A stretch of DNA of 64,000 nt, taken from positions 3,352,508 to 3,416,507 of the forward strand of contig MU058584.1 of the NCBI GenBank assembly GCA_013265495.1, in the 5' to 3' direction. The notes beneath the pieces are model-generated. The model had not been told where the DNA came from. It saw only the letters and a list, made by a program, of their open reading frames with translations, and searched no databases. Shown in pieces: positions 1 to 13,407 of this stretch. Both the position numbers and the translations under genes were made by a program. Numbering within the stretch: the stretch's first letter is position 1; every line of letters starts with the position of its first letter. The DNA is from Vicugna vicugna (Eukaryota).

Positions 1-496
1 TGTAAAATGGGAGGATGAGAACAGCTAATCCCACGTTCTCAGGACCCTTCATTTCTAACGGCACCAACCTGCCGTCTTGTCCTGGCTGAGGGGTCACCAT
101 GTCCCTTGACTTTTATCTTGACTTCTCTCTTTCTGTGGTCTCTCTCTGCTTCTCTTCCCAGTTTGGGGAACGAACAAGCCCTTGGGGAGGATTCCTGCCT
201 AATTTTGCACTTTGTGGAACATGAAGTTTGCTACTGGGGCTCAGTAAACACAACAGTGGAGTAACAGACCCCCAAATAGCACGTTTTTCTTTGTTCCTTT
301 AGATGATCAGCCATCACCACATTGGCACTCGCGATATCGCGTTTCCTCATCAGCACCAGCTGCTGCCTCTCTGATAGGTCAATAAAGTAAGTATCCATTT
401 ATTCCCAGACAGGAAGCGTAGTTTATTCCAGTCTTAACAGCACTGATTTTTCTATGGATATATGCTTTCACTAGCATAGATTTCTGTTGAGAAGGC

Positions 497-762
497 GGTT
501 GGCTGTTTTATCCATGGTGGGAATGGCTGAACTGTGGGTATACAGGTATGCTGACGGCACTGGGGGGTCTGACTGGGCTGGACAAGAGTGGGCTTTAAGT
601 ACCTAAGGAGTCATCATGGATTCTGAACGATGGTTGGCTGTTTTATCCATGGCGGGAATGGCTGAACTGTGGGTATAGGTATGCTGACGGCACTGGGGGG
701 TCTGACTGGGCTGGACAAGAGTGGGCTTTAAGTACCTAAGGAGTCATCATGGATTCTGAACG
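497..762. repeat. Near-perfect tandem duplication (497-629 and 632-762)
   Basis: Copies of 133 and 131 bp differ by one T/C substitution and a 2-bp indel. Confidence 0.95.
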
Positions 763-1520
763 TTCCTGGATGAACTGGGGCCTAGGGGCTGGACACAGGA
801 AGAGCTTCTGGACATCTGGGAAGGGCACAGGGGTTGAGCCCAGTGGGGTCGAAGAGGCAGAGTGGGGAGCGCAGCTGGGATGGAAAGCTAAGCAGGCAGT
901 CCCATGAGAGCAGGAGTGCCCATTCCAGACATCATCTGGGCTGGGGTGGGCCAGCCTGACACGAGGCAGCTGGGGAGGGCGGTGGGGACCCAGGGACAGC
1001 AGGCCAGGTTTTGATTAGAGGGAAGGAGGCAGTGCTGAAGTGGTCCTTTGAGGCAAACCTCCTGGACTTGACAGGGGACATGCAGCTCCTCTGTGGGGGT
1101 GAGGGTGGAAGAGAAGGTAGGAGCGGGGAGCATGCACCTGTGGGATCAATGGTCGAGTCACAAGGAAGCGGACTCTGCCTTCATTGAGAACTTGCCGACA
1201 GCAGGAGGGGCCTGGCTGGAGTGGGCTGTCTCCTGAGGTGAGGACTTCTGTGCAGACGATGGGGAACCAGGGCTCAGGAGCTCGGTAGAGCAGCTTCCAG
1301 GGAGGAGCAGGTGGTGACATTCCATGATCCCTAAGGCCCTTTAAGCTCTAACAGTCTGGCATCCTATGCGATTTTTAAAAAGTACAGAGCAAATAGCCAT
1401 CTAATGTGCAATTTCAGTAAATCATATAGCAAATGAAAGAGCCACAAATTTCATATTCTTATGGGTTTGTGCCTTCACAAGGTAAAACGTGTAACTTTAT
1501 TGTTAGAAAGAGCCTTCCTG

Positions 1521-1648
1521 GATATGTTTATTACCTTGATGGTTTCATGGGTATGTGCACAGGTCCAAACTTAACAAATTAAATATTAACTATGTACAGT
1601 TTTTTTTGTATATCGATTACACCCCAATAAAGCTGTTAATTAAAAAAA
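1521..1648 (+). mobile_element. Old L1 3' end fragment
   Basis: gatggtttcatgggtatgtgcac...caataaagctgtt followed by an A-rich tail. Confidence 0.7.
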
Positions 1649-1689
1649 TTGTGAATTAAAAAAAATGTGGCCATCTAATCCACGGTTGG

Positions 1690-1886
1690 CTACGGCCTGC
1701 TGCCTGTTTTTACAAATAAAGTTTTATTGGAACAATGCCGTGCCCATTCACGTACATACTGTCTTTGGCTCTTTTCGTGCTACAAGGGCAGGGCTGAGTA
1801 GTTGTAAGAGATAGTAGTGATCATATGGCCCATAAAACCTAAAATGTTTATTATCTGGCCCTTTAGAGAATAAGTGTGCCAGCCTT
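1690..1886 (+). mobile_element. MER58A-like hAT-Charlie MITE
   Basis: Characteristic ctgcctgttttt..aaataaagttttattggaaca and aaaacctaaaatgtttattatctggccctttagagaa motifs. Confidence 0.8.
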
Positions 1887-3305
1887 CAGTCTAACCCAAT
1901 CCCCCATTTTACAGGTGCAAACAGAGGCTGACAGAGGTAAATGACTCCCTTTAGGCTGAGCTAGTTGGTGACCGAGGTGGGACTAGAACCCTGGCACCTG
2001 ACACTCAGGCCTGCGTTTCTCTGCCTCGGCTCGGAGTGTCCCAACCCTGACTGCTCTGTGCATGAGCATTTCTTCACATCCCTCCACATTCTTATTTCAC
2101 AGACCCAGGGCCCAAGGGGCAGAGGTGGGCTGACCGGCCCACGGTCACTCCACCCACCTGCCAGCCATGTGATGACCCTACAGAGCTGGCTCCAAACTGC
2201 TGCTCCAAGAAGGCTGAGGCCTTGGGAGGCAGTCAGAGCTTCTAAGACAAGCACTAATCTGGCTTCCCCAAGCCCCTCTCAGCATTAGCATTCACCTTCT
2301 GTGATCCAACCAAAGGACGCGTTTACAACTGTCTCAAGTTCAACTTGAAAACCCTTTTCACAGGTTTCCAGGGAAATTACTCCAAGCAGCTCTGATGGGT
2401 TCAAATGATTTTAACACACCCAGTTGCCTTCAATTTCTTTGGTGCCTCTATTACAAACAGCAAAACATATGAGTACCTGATATTTACCTTCTTTTGAAAT
2501 AAGAGATTCCAAAAGAGACAATGTAAAAGGAAAAAAAAAAAGTCTTATTTACCCACAATCATATTTAAAGGAACAAAGAGCCGATCTGAGGCCCAGGACG
2601 GCAGGATGGGCCTCCACCTTCCACGTGGAGCTCTCCCAGAGCAGTGAGCATCAATCAGACCATTAGAATGATCCACATTTGTCTAGGAGAGTATGAATCG
2701 AAAGCCAACCCCCACTTCCACCCTCCTCCCAGCTGCCTCCCTACGAGGGCTGTTTCCCTCCTCCTGGCCATTGTAAGCCTTTAAATGTTCTGCATTTCCA
2801 CTTCTATGACACATCTCTCTTGGACAGATAAGAATGAATATTCATACAAGAGATTAACGCGCATCAGCAGTCCTAACATAAGTGGTTAAGAGAATAAAGG
2901 ACGAGGGCTGTAAGTGGCCACATGAGACTCCCCAAGCCTTGCCAAAGCGATACATTTGACATGTTTGTGGTTCCCTGGGCCCACAGAGCTCCTACCAGCT
3001 CCGACACCAGATGAATTTCCAGGGTGACATCTCCCAGCCACGGAAGGAAAGCTAAGGATGAGAGAGAAGACGAAACAACAGAGGCAGCTCTGCTCTGGGG
3101 CTAAGCCAGTAGATCTACTGTTACTTGTACCTTTGAACCCTGCCCCTCTCAGTGGAGTCAGCTCTTCACAACTTAAAGAGAAGAACAACATGTGTTGTGC
3201 CAGATGCTGGGTGGAGTGCTGGGAATCAAAGATAAATAAGGTCCTTGTTGATTGAGAATCTATCTGTGCTGGGTCCTGTGCTAGGGTTTTAAATGTGCCG
3301 TCTCT

Positions 3306-3449
3306 CTCTCTCTCTTTTTAAATGTGAGGTATATATTATTGATCGATCAATTTATTTTATTTATTTATTTATGGAGGTACTGGGGATCGAACCCAGAACT
3401 TCATGCATGCTAAGCATGTGCTCTACCGCTGAGCTATACCCAACCCTCC
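3306..3449 (-). mobile_element. Camelid tRNA-derived SINE (Vic-1-like) with 13-bp target-site duplication, inserted in a MIR
   Basis: Reverse complement reads gggtatagctcagcggtagagcacatgcttagcatgcatgaagttctgggttcgatccccagtacctcc (A and B boxes) plus an A-rich tail; TSD atgtgccgtctct at 3293-3305 and 3450-3462. Confidence 0.9.
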
Positions 3450-6400
3450 ATGTGCCGTCTCTTTAAATCCTTGCACAGCCATAAGGTCAGCATTATTATC
3501 CTCATTTTATACGCGCAGTACCCACAGCTCAGACAAGTTAAGTAACTGGTCCAAAGATGCACAGGAACCACGTGGTGGAGCTGGGCTTTGAACTCCTTTG
3601 TGTCTGCACGTTTTCCATCATTCTGTGCCGCCTCCAAAACCTGGGGGCACAAAACCTTTCTTTCACCACAGTTGCTGGATGACTGTGCTACCCACTTAGT
3701 AGGTGCCCAGCAGCTGCAGGAACATGGCTCGAGGAACAGATGCATTGGATTTACTGCACATCATGTTGGAAGCACAGCCAGTGGAAACACTGAAGGTCAT
3801 CTGGAGAGGGGCAGCAGAGGAGGGAGATGTGGGGAGACCAACCTGACTGGTGTGGAAATACAATTGTTTATGTTGGTGTGAATGATGTGAATTGATCTTG
3901 GCTCATGAGAGTGCCAGATGTTCAGACAACTGTGCTCAGTCAGACCCCAGGGGCTCCTGAAGAGGGGTCCCCGAGGGCCATTGCCAGGATGCCGAAGGTA
4001 GCAAAAACACAGGATTCCAGCTGAATCTGGAGTGAGGTGGGCAGAGACAACAGGAGAAGCTAAGAGCTATTTCCAAGAGAAGCGAGGTGGGAAGGAGGGG
4101 ACCTCCACTGAGAACTCGCAATTAACCAGGGTGAATGGATGCATGTGGACGAATGCTCGAGGCAGGAGGGGTCAGCTTAATTCCATACCCCTGGCCGAAT
4201 CTGCAGATACCATTTGTTTTGTTCTTTACACCTCAGTTTCCAACACCTCTGCCTTCCATCTGTCTGGCTATGGTCAGCAGCGGGAGGAGGTGATACGGTC
4301 CTGCATCCCTTCCAGGTGCTGGTGCCCACAGCTTCAGCTCAGAGCAGCCGCTCTCCATCTATCTCCCTCTTCACCACCACTGTTGTCACCACCCCGCAAC
4401 CCTGCTAAAATTTTCAGGGTCTGGGGCAAGAATTTAAAAAGCCCATATACCATATGAATAAATATTTAAAAGTTATAAATCGAGCCTACAAATTGCTCAG
4501 TAAACTATGTGCTTTTCTCCTATCTTGATAACTTTATAGCCTCATGTCTGGAAGACCAGATCTGAATTTAGAATTCTCAGACTCCACAGAGTTCTGCTGG
4601 ACCACGGTGGCCAGGGATGGCACTCACACGGATGTGGGCAGCACGGTCCATGAGGAACCACACCCACATCATCAAGGGCCACAGGGAGGCACAAACACAC
4701 AGGTGCAGACACCGTGGTCCACAGGGGGCTGATCACACCTGGGCATGGATGCTGAAGTCCACAGGTCCAGGTTCCATCTAGACCATCACCTTCAGTCACC
4801 GGGGGCCTCTGGGAGTTCACAAGGCAGTGGAATCCACCCTCAGGAGGCAGACCTGGGGAAAAGGTCCACAAGAGTTCTGGAAGCAGGTGTGCGGCTGTTT
4901 CAACAGGGAATTCTGGAGTCCTGGTACCTGAAATTTGGCCTAGGAGGAGGAGTCTGGACATGTCTCTTTGGCCCTTCAGAACTCCGTACCCTGTGGGGTA
5001 CAGGGCCCTCTAAAGCACGGGGCCCGGGACAAAGGTCTAGGAGTGGTAACAACCTTCACTGATACTCACTGAGCATCACGTACCAGATTGTACGTGGGTT
5101 AGTTAATTCTTACAACTCTGTGAGGCAGGTGCCATTATCATTGCCATTTCACAGACGAGGAACGTGAGACACAGAGCAGGTAAACAACTTGCCCAAGGTT
5201 ACAAATGATGGAGCAGACTCTCTGGCTGCAAGTCCTCACTCCTATCCACCACCCCATGCTCCTCCTCACATGGCTGGGCCCACCTTTGGGGCCCATAAGG
5301 CTGACACAGCAGCTCCCCAGGGAGATGCACAGCCCTTAAGACAACTCCCAGTCAGGCACTATGGAGCGCCTACAGTATATTTGTGGCCTATATTCCTGAA
5401 TGTTTGGAACACCTCTCTGTCACATCCCTGCAACTCTGACTGCTTTGCTGAATCATAGATTAATTTCCAGATCTGTTCGGTGGACTTGCTGAAGCATCGT
5501 TTTGAAGAGCTGGAACTGACTTAGAAGATGGATTTTTTTTCTTGGTCTCAGCCAAGATAAGGAATAGACTCTTCCCTAAGGAAGGGGATAAGCATGGTCT
5601 GAGGGCATTTGTGGTTTGGTGTCATAGCTGATTCCCAGAAGGCGGCTGCTCTCCCCAGGACACAGATCCGCCTGAAGTGTGCGAGGTGGAAAACACCCAG
5701 ATGAACATGGTTCCTCGCAGCCAGTGATGCTAGCTGTTGTTGAGCTGGGGGAAAGCACAAACCACAGAAAACAAAACTTCTGTACCTCATCTTGGTTCTC
5801 TTAACAGTGCAGTCCACCTCTACTTAATGTGATGCCAAATGTGAAGGAAAACAGCATCAGCTTGATATTTACATATGTCTGTAAAGTACCTTATCCAGCG
5901 CTACGTCAGCCAGCTCACAGCTTAGATAATAATAGACGTCGGAATAGAGAGAACAGCAACCCACTCTAAGATGTTTAAAAAAAATCTGTCTAAAGGTGAG
6001 AATCACCAGGGAGCTGGGCTCAAATCCTCATTTCCTCCCTTAGCAGCTGGGTGGTATTGGTCCATCATTTGATCTTCCTGAACCTTGACTTTCTCACCTG
6101 TAAAATGGCATAGACAGTATCTACCAGGATCATTGTGAGAATGAAATGAAATGATGTTTGTAAAACCTCCGGTACACAGAATGTACTTTTTTCCCTTCTT
6201 TTTTGGTGGAGTGGGCCGTGCACAGCTATGGGAGGCCCTCTGCTACGGGGGAGAAACGCGGCCAGGCTGGGAGTCCTGGGAGGAGGGTACAAAAGCAGCA
6301 GAGGGCAGAGCCTGCTTTTGCTAAAGAACTGCTCTAAGGAATGTGGGCAAACAGACCAACACATTTAAAAGAAATCCCTGGGCAGTGACAGACAGCAGAG

Positions 6401-6906
6401 CTCTGGGGACCAGACTCCATACAGCAAGGGGAGTGTGTCGAGCAGACAGGGTTTGCTGCAAGGGGAGAACAGAGTTTCTCGCTGCCTCTGCTGCCTGCCA
6501 CATCCAGGCTTTGACTTTCAAAGCCCGGCCAGGCCTCCCACACACCGCACGGTCTGCAGCTGGTCCAGGGACCTCAGGCCCTGAGCCTCAGGGGTGAAGA
6601 TGTGGCTGACAGTTGGCGTCTGGCCCCACTGCTCTTGGCCAGCTCACGAAACTGCCTCAGTTTTCTCAGGTGGGCCTGTTGGCTCCATTCCTACTTCCAT
6701 TACCTCGGGTCAGGCCCTCGCCACTCTTCTCCTAGATGATGACCATTGCCCGTTAACTGAGGTCCCATCTCCAGCCTTTCTCTCTAATCCATCCTCCACG
6801 GTGCTGTCAGGGGGATGTTTCAGAAAGGCCCAGTTGACCCCAGTTTAACACCCTTCAATAGCTCCTCACTGCTCAGAGGATGGAACCCCAGCTCCTTGGT
6901 GTGGTC

Positions 6907-7310
6907 TGTTAGTCAGGCCTTTTTCATTTGCAAATGTCAGAAACCAACTTGACGAAGCTTAGATTTTAAAAAAAGGTTTGCTGGCGGGATAGTGTGAAAG
7001 TTCACAGTACAGAAGGAAAAACTGCAGGAACCTGGGCAGATCCTGGGTCTGAGGGGCTGGGCCTGGGGTCCACACCATGGGTGGGGAAGATGCCTTCAGT
7101 CGCCCAGACACATGCTGCCAGCAACAAGCCATGAGGGGCAGTGGACTCTTCCCTTCTGGCCCAGTAGAAATCCCAGGGGACCATTATGATTGGCCAGCTC
7201 AGGGCAATGTTGATGTCCCTTCATAGTGCTTGTGGCCAGTGGAACAGGGAAGGTGATGGTACTTGGACCTAGATGAAGTAGGAAGAGAGGGATCTGGGCT
7301 GTAAGGGGTT
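6907..7310. mobile_element. Older MLT1-type LTR interrupting an L2 fragment
   Basis: tgttagtcagg...ttgcaaatgtcagaaaccaact start; L2-like sequence on both sides (~6680-6900 and ~7340-7620). Confidence 0.5.
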
Positions 7311-7654
7311 AAGAGAAGGGTGCTGACTGATACAACGCCCCAGGTTCGGACCTTGCTTCAGCCTCATCCCTCCATGTCCCACTGGGAACTTCGCACAGTA
7401 GCAGCACTAGCTTCTCTGCAGTTCCTAGCACACTCCACTACGGCGTGCTTATGGTTTCCAACAGCCCTTTCCTGCAACATCTTTCTTCTTCTTTGCTTGG
7501 GTAATGCCTACTCATCGTTCCAGAGTCAGTTCACTGTTGCCTCTTCCAGGAAGCCCTCCCAGATTAAAGGCTCTTTGGGGGCTCCTAGCACACCTGTGTG
7601 TCTTGATAGCACTTATTACAGAGTAACACTAAACAATAATAAGGATGATAAAAA

Positions 7655-7895
7655 CAAACATATACTATTAATGACATGCCAGGCACTGTCCTAGGCACTT
7701 GACATACCTTAATTCTTTTGCTTCTTACAGTAACCCAATGAAGTCGGCACTATAATTAGTCCCCATTTTATGAAGCAAAGAAACCAAGATATAGATAGTT
7801 TATGTAACTTCCCCAAGATCACGGAGCTAACAAGTAGCAGAACCAAGTTCAAAGCCAGGCCCCGTAATTCTGAGTCTGTGCTCCTAACCACTGCC
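7655..7895 (-). mobile_element. MIR SINE
   Basis: tgccaggcactgtcctaggcactt...ccccattttatgaag...gtaacttccccaagatcacggagctaacaagt. Confidence 0.8.
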
Positions 7896-10800
7896 TCTAG
7901 AAATGGCTTGAAGAGCCTCAGTTGGCCTTGCTGGGCTGGGAGCCCTCCGGGGCAGGGACGGTGACAACATCCTTCTACTTGCAGTGCTGGCTGAGCTGGC
8001 ACTCATGAAATACTGTCTGACAGAACTCAACAGAACTTTCCCTGTTGGGTGACAGGAGGTGGGAGGAGGAAGGAGAAAAGGCTACTTGGGCCCCTGGGAG
8101 CTGAATTTTGCAGGGCTCTGGAAAGGATGGGGTCTGAGAGGTCTGGCCCCACATCACCTGGAGACATGATATTGGGTGGGGGCAGTGGGGGGAGCACAGA
8201 CACCAGACATGCTGGCCAGAGCACAGCTGTCCACCAGGCCATTTCTGTAGGATGTCTCTGGCTGACTCAGCCACACTTTCTTTTTCTCCACCTGGTCTCC
8301 ATATTCTTGAAGCAAATTTGGCTTCTATGGTTCGCTGAGACTTGTCTAGGGGCACCAAAAAAGGGGCTTCTGCACTGAGCTCTCGTACTCTTGGTTGTTT
8401 TCCATACATACTTGAAAGGCCAGCACTGGGGTGTGCTGTGCTGGGGTGACTCCTCCCCAGAGGTGTGGCTTTCCTTAGTTCAGCTGCACTTTCCTGCAGC
8501 TGCCGGACCCACAGGCAGGCAGGTCTCAGACTCACCGCCTATCCTTAAATAAGCGATCAAACGCTCCCTAACTTGGTTTCTCCACTTGCATAACGAAGCT
8601 GACTGATAACCTGCCCCAGGGGGTCACGGAGCTTCATGAAACAGCTTATTTGTTTCCATTGGGAAGGAGGGTGGCAAGGGGGACTGCACCCATAATGGAC
8701 GGGTCACGGAACACGGCCCGGGTTTCCATCCAGTGGGACCTGAACCCAACTACAGCCCAACAGCAAACTAATCAATATGAAAGTCAGACACAACAGGAGC
8801 AGGCTTTTAGTGAGTCCTTGTTATGGGTCAGGCTTTGAGCTAAGCCATTAACAAATATGATCGAGTTTAATCCTCACAAATCTGCGTTAATCCTTTCAAC
8901 AGTATGACTGAGCCCCTGTAAACAGGCTCTGTACTGGGCACCCGGGACAGCAGTGACAGAACGAAAAGCTTTGACTTGTATACAGACAGCAAGCAAGAAA
9001 CGCAATAAACACGTGAAGAAGACAAGGCAAACCATGTAGTAGGTTAGGGGGAAATACTGTGGATAAAATAGGAGAGCAGGTAAGAGGGACCAGGAGTGCT
9101 GGGGGTGGTCCAGGGAGGTCTCATTGAGAAGGTGACACTGGAGCAGAAATGTGCTGGAAGTGAGGGAGGCGGCCACGAAAATCATTCTGGGCAAAGAGAA
9201 CGGCCAGGGTGAAGGCCTGAAGGTGGGAGTGTGCGGAGGTCAGTCAGGCTGGAAAGGCGTGAGGGCGAGAAGGATGAGGATGAGAGGCAATGAGGGGCCA
9301 CCTGAGGCAGGGCCTTGCAGGCCATCAGACGACTACCGTTATCAGCTCCACCTTACAGGTGAGGAGAGTGAGGCAGGGAAAGGTTATGCCCAAGGCGGCG
9401 TGACCTGCAGGCACTAGAGCTGGGAACTGCCCCGCCCTCACCACATCCACAGCCCGTGCGCACATCCCAACGCCACGTGCCCCTCGCCACACATGGCAAA
9501 CCACGACGTTTCGTGGTATCCTCTCACGTCAACCAGGTGAGTCTGGGCGGGACCCGAGACTCAGAAGTTTCTGAACGTGGAAGGAATCCTAGAGATGTTC
9601 TTTCCAATTCTGGTGTTGTGGAAGGACCAGGAGATTTGAAGGCTGAAGCCTGCGTGCTGTTGCTTGCTGGGGTGACAGGACATACAACACATGACAGGTA
9701 CCCTTACCTATAAAATGGAAACGATCACCCCTGCCTCATAGGGCTGTGCGGATTAAATGAAATGATGTATGTACCAGCGCTCTGAAAAATGCTGACAGTT
9801 CCTCTTTTCCCCCCCCTCCCTATCTCCTTCCCCAGCTTCTTGGAGCTGCAGTCAGTGACAATCTGTCTCCGAGTTCAACCCTACCTCAGACAGAGACAGG
9901 GCATGTATTGATCGCCCTGAAGTTTCCCTGGGCCCCCCTTATCGGTTCGCACACATGGCTAGTCCACTTTCCTCCTACCTTGGTCTGGGGCTCCTGGGGT
10001 CCCCAACCTGAATCTCCGCAGCCCCTCTCCCAGCAGCTGGGGCCCTACTGTGTGGGCTCCCAGCTCTGTTTACACTGTGAGACACATAGTAGGGGCTTGA
10101 TAAACGGTTCTTATTGTTATCAGTAGTAGAAATGGAACTGGCTACCACCAAAAATCTCTTGCCAGTTTGAACAGACACTGGCAAAGGAAAACTGGATGAT
10201 GGAAAGAGGAGGATAAATTTAGTTCACAGATCCGTCGGAACAGCTATTTGCACACGTGGGGAAGTCCGCGAAACAGCTGCACCAAGATCCGAGAGCACAC
10301 AGACCGTCTGCTGGGGTAAACCCGGGGGTTGAGGACCAGACAGAGACCACACCTCGCCTGCGACCGCCCTCGTCGCTTGGGGGCAAAAGGACCTGCAGGG
10401 AATTCCCGAGGACGCACCTGTGATTATCTTCGAAATTAAGCAGCATAAAACGCAGAGCCTTCATACTGGGCAGGGCATTCTGCTATTAGATAAAAACAAC
10501 CTGGCAAGTTGGTCTTCCCGGTATAAGCTTTACTCTGGGAATATCAGAAAGCTTGTATAAAATAAAAGCCTAGGACACAGGAGCCAAAGGAAAAGTGTAA
10601 TCCGAGAAAAGGAGAGCTCAGCCAACAAACGTCGTTTTGACACCCTCATTAGACTTATCAGGAGCTAAACTTTTTTTTTTGCTTCTCATCTCCTTTTATC
10701 CCTTAATTTCTCCAGTCCATCCACTCATCCATTCATTCCTCATTCATTTATTTACTCATTATTTTATTCATTCCTCAGTCACTTACTTCATGCACTTATT

Positions 10801-11044
10801 TTATTCTTCCTTTATTTGTTCTTACCCGATGACAGCCTTAATTAACAGTGAAATGGACCAGAGGAACCCTGCAGCGGGAGGAAAGGAAGCAAAGGTGACA
10901 GATGTGACAGAAGTCACCAGGTGGCAGGAGCCTGGGCTGGCGGTCAGGGACTGGGTTCCGGCCCTTGCACTGGCACACAGGAGCTGTGTGGCCCTGGACA
11001 AGTCATGCACCTCTCTGCACCTCAGTCCCCTACAAAGCAGGATC

Positions 11045-11134
11045 TTTTTTTTTTTTAATGGCGGTACTGGGGATTGAACCCAGCACCTGGTGCATGCTAA
11101 GCATGTGCTCTACCACTGAGCTATACCCATCCCC
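11045..11134 (-). mobile_element. Vic-1-like SINE
   Basis: Same tRNA-like body with A/B boxes; poly(T) on the + strand. Confidence 0.9.
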
Positions 11135-12339
11135 TCCCCAAACCAGTGTCTTAATGCTTGGGCTAGTTTCCATTCATGACAGCTAACGGGGCTAATGTGG
11201 ATGAAAATGCTTGATCAATTGTGAAAAGCTATCCACATGTAAGGCACGGTTCTTTGATCACCAGCTGGAAAGTAGAGGGGAGAAGCATTCACAGCTGGCT
11301 CCCACTGCCAACATCCACAAATCAGAGCCAGGGAACCTGGTCCTCAGGCCTCTTCTCCCACTCTTCCCGCCGGGAGCAAACCAGGCATGGGGCTGTCAGC
11401 AAGATCGCCTTCTTCCCTGGGGCAGCCCCACAGATGCACGGAGCATCCTTTCAGCGGGTTAGCAGATAAGTATTAATGACGAATATGTATGCAGGGTGGA
11501 CGATAAATAGGTGTCCTGGGAGCCATCCCTTTGATTGTCCCATCTTAGATGCATTTTAGGAACTCAACATCATAATTGCAGTGTGTGCTGGAATAAAATA
11601 ATAAAAAGGGCGACGGGTGCGGGGGAGGTAAAGGAAGTCTCATGAGTGGAAAAACAAACCAAAAGCTGGGTCACCTGCGGAGGAGACAAGATGCGAATGT
11701 GACAGAGGTGTCCCTGGGAAAGGTCAAAGCTTTCTGTGGAAGCGTAAACATGGGGATACCTGCTCACACACTCAAGGGTCCAGGCTCTGTTTTCCCCCCG
11801 GGTGAGTGAGCAGTGGCAGGAAGCTCAGCTGTACCAATTCGGGCTCAGGGTCCCTGCTGTGGGCACACTCCTGGGTATATAGATTTAGAGTGTCCTGGTG
11901 TATTGTTAGAATATTAGGGAAAAACAGCATATGGCATAGGCTCTGCATGTAATTCTGCTCCTGCTGTTAACTTAGTTAATTTCAAACTCTGATTCTTTCT
12001 GCTTACGAAAGGGGCTTTGCACAGGGACTCAGGTCCCAGTTTGAGCATCTTTTCTTATTTTCACTGAATGTTATTTTTTGAGGGCCACATAAACAGTCCC
12101 CCCAAAAATGATACATGGATTTGAGAAGCCCATCTCAACTGAAAAAGAACAGAGCTTTGAGCAAACAATTGTGTGCTTTTTCCCACAGGAAGTGTGTGAG
12201 ACTGTGTCAGGCATGGATGTGGAAGGATACGGGAAACCCACACATTTAATGCTTTTTCCTGGCCCCTCTCCAGTGCCCAAAGTTCTCAATTCCTGGTTCT
12301 TCCGCCGTCTCCTCCTGGTCTATTAATGGAAACCTCTTT

Positions 12340-12985
12340 CTCAGGGATCCTGATTTAAAAAATCATAGTCCCCTCCACCGCCTTCCCTTCCTCCTTCACC
12401 CCTACATGTCCTGTTGTTCCCCATTGTACTTTCTCCTCCATTTCCTCGTCCCCACTCCAACCAGTCACTCTAGTCTGGTCCCCTTAGTCATCTTGCACTT
12501 GGTCTCTCTCACTTCAGCCTACCCGCCTAGACATTACCGCCAGGCCCCTCAAACACAGCTCTGACCATGCCATCCCACTGCTCTGCAACCTTCCACGGCT
12601 TCCCACTGCCGGCCAAGTTAAGGACAACTTGCAAACCTGGCATCCAGGGTCCTCATAAACTGGCCACAAGGCCTCATCTCCTGCTACGTTTCCTCTAATC
12701 CTCTGTGCTTCTCTGCTCTTGATCGCACTGCTCCGTACTGAAATCCCATTCCACCCCCAGGGTCCACCCCAAACATCACATCCTCCAAGAAGCATTTCCT
12801 CTCTGCTACCCAAACATCTCTTTCTGGTCTTAGGGATGTACACTGTGCATTCCAGTAATTTCTGTGCTTAAATATTCCTCCCACTAGAATTTATCATCCA
12901 CGAAAATAGGCGTGGCTGCTCACCTTTCTGGGTCTTAACTTCACACACAGTCAACATTAAACACAAGGAAACTTAGTTGAATTGC
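12340..12985 (+). mobile_element. L2 LINE fragment
   Basis: Pyrimidine-rich L2 body (aaacacagctctgaccatgccatcccactgctc..aaccttcca) running to a degenerate 3' end. Confidence 0.6.
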
Positions 12986-13187
12986 ACGAAGTAAAGCCTG
13001 CACTTATCAAGTTACTTGCTGGATCGTCTAGGGGTCTGGCAGAGAATATGCTGTTACTTCCTGCTTCTACAGAATTATTGTCAAATCACAGCAGATCAAA
13101 AGGCTAAAACATGATGATGGCAACTATAATGTCCTGTACTTGCACACACTGCTATTTAATGTACCTGGATAATCCTATGAGCTAATG

Positions 13188-13407
13188 CAGTGGTTCTCAA
13201 CTGGGGGCAATTCTGCCCACCAGGGGACCGCTGGCAATGTCTGGAGATGCTTCTGGTTGTCACAAGAGGGAAATGCTGCTGGCATCTGGAGGATAGAGGC
13301 CTGTCATGGTGCTGAACATGCTACAATTCACAGGGCAGCACCTCCCCACCCCCACCAAAGAATCACTTGGGCCGAAATGTCAGCAGTGCTACTGCTCAGA
13401 GTCCCTG
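13188..13407 (+). mobile_element. MER20 (hAT-Charlie non-autonomous DNA transposon), near full length
   Basis: Starts cagtggttctcaactggggg, contains ggcaatgtctggaga...ggttgtcacaa, ends ccctg; 8-bp TSD agctaatg/agttaatg (7/8 match). Confidence 0.9.

Noticed and set aside
4400..5060. Possible hAT-Tip100-type DNA transposon remnant (also ~38810-39045)
   Set aside because: Composition is suggestive, but I could not identify terminal repeats or a family with confidence.
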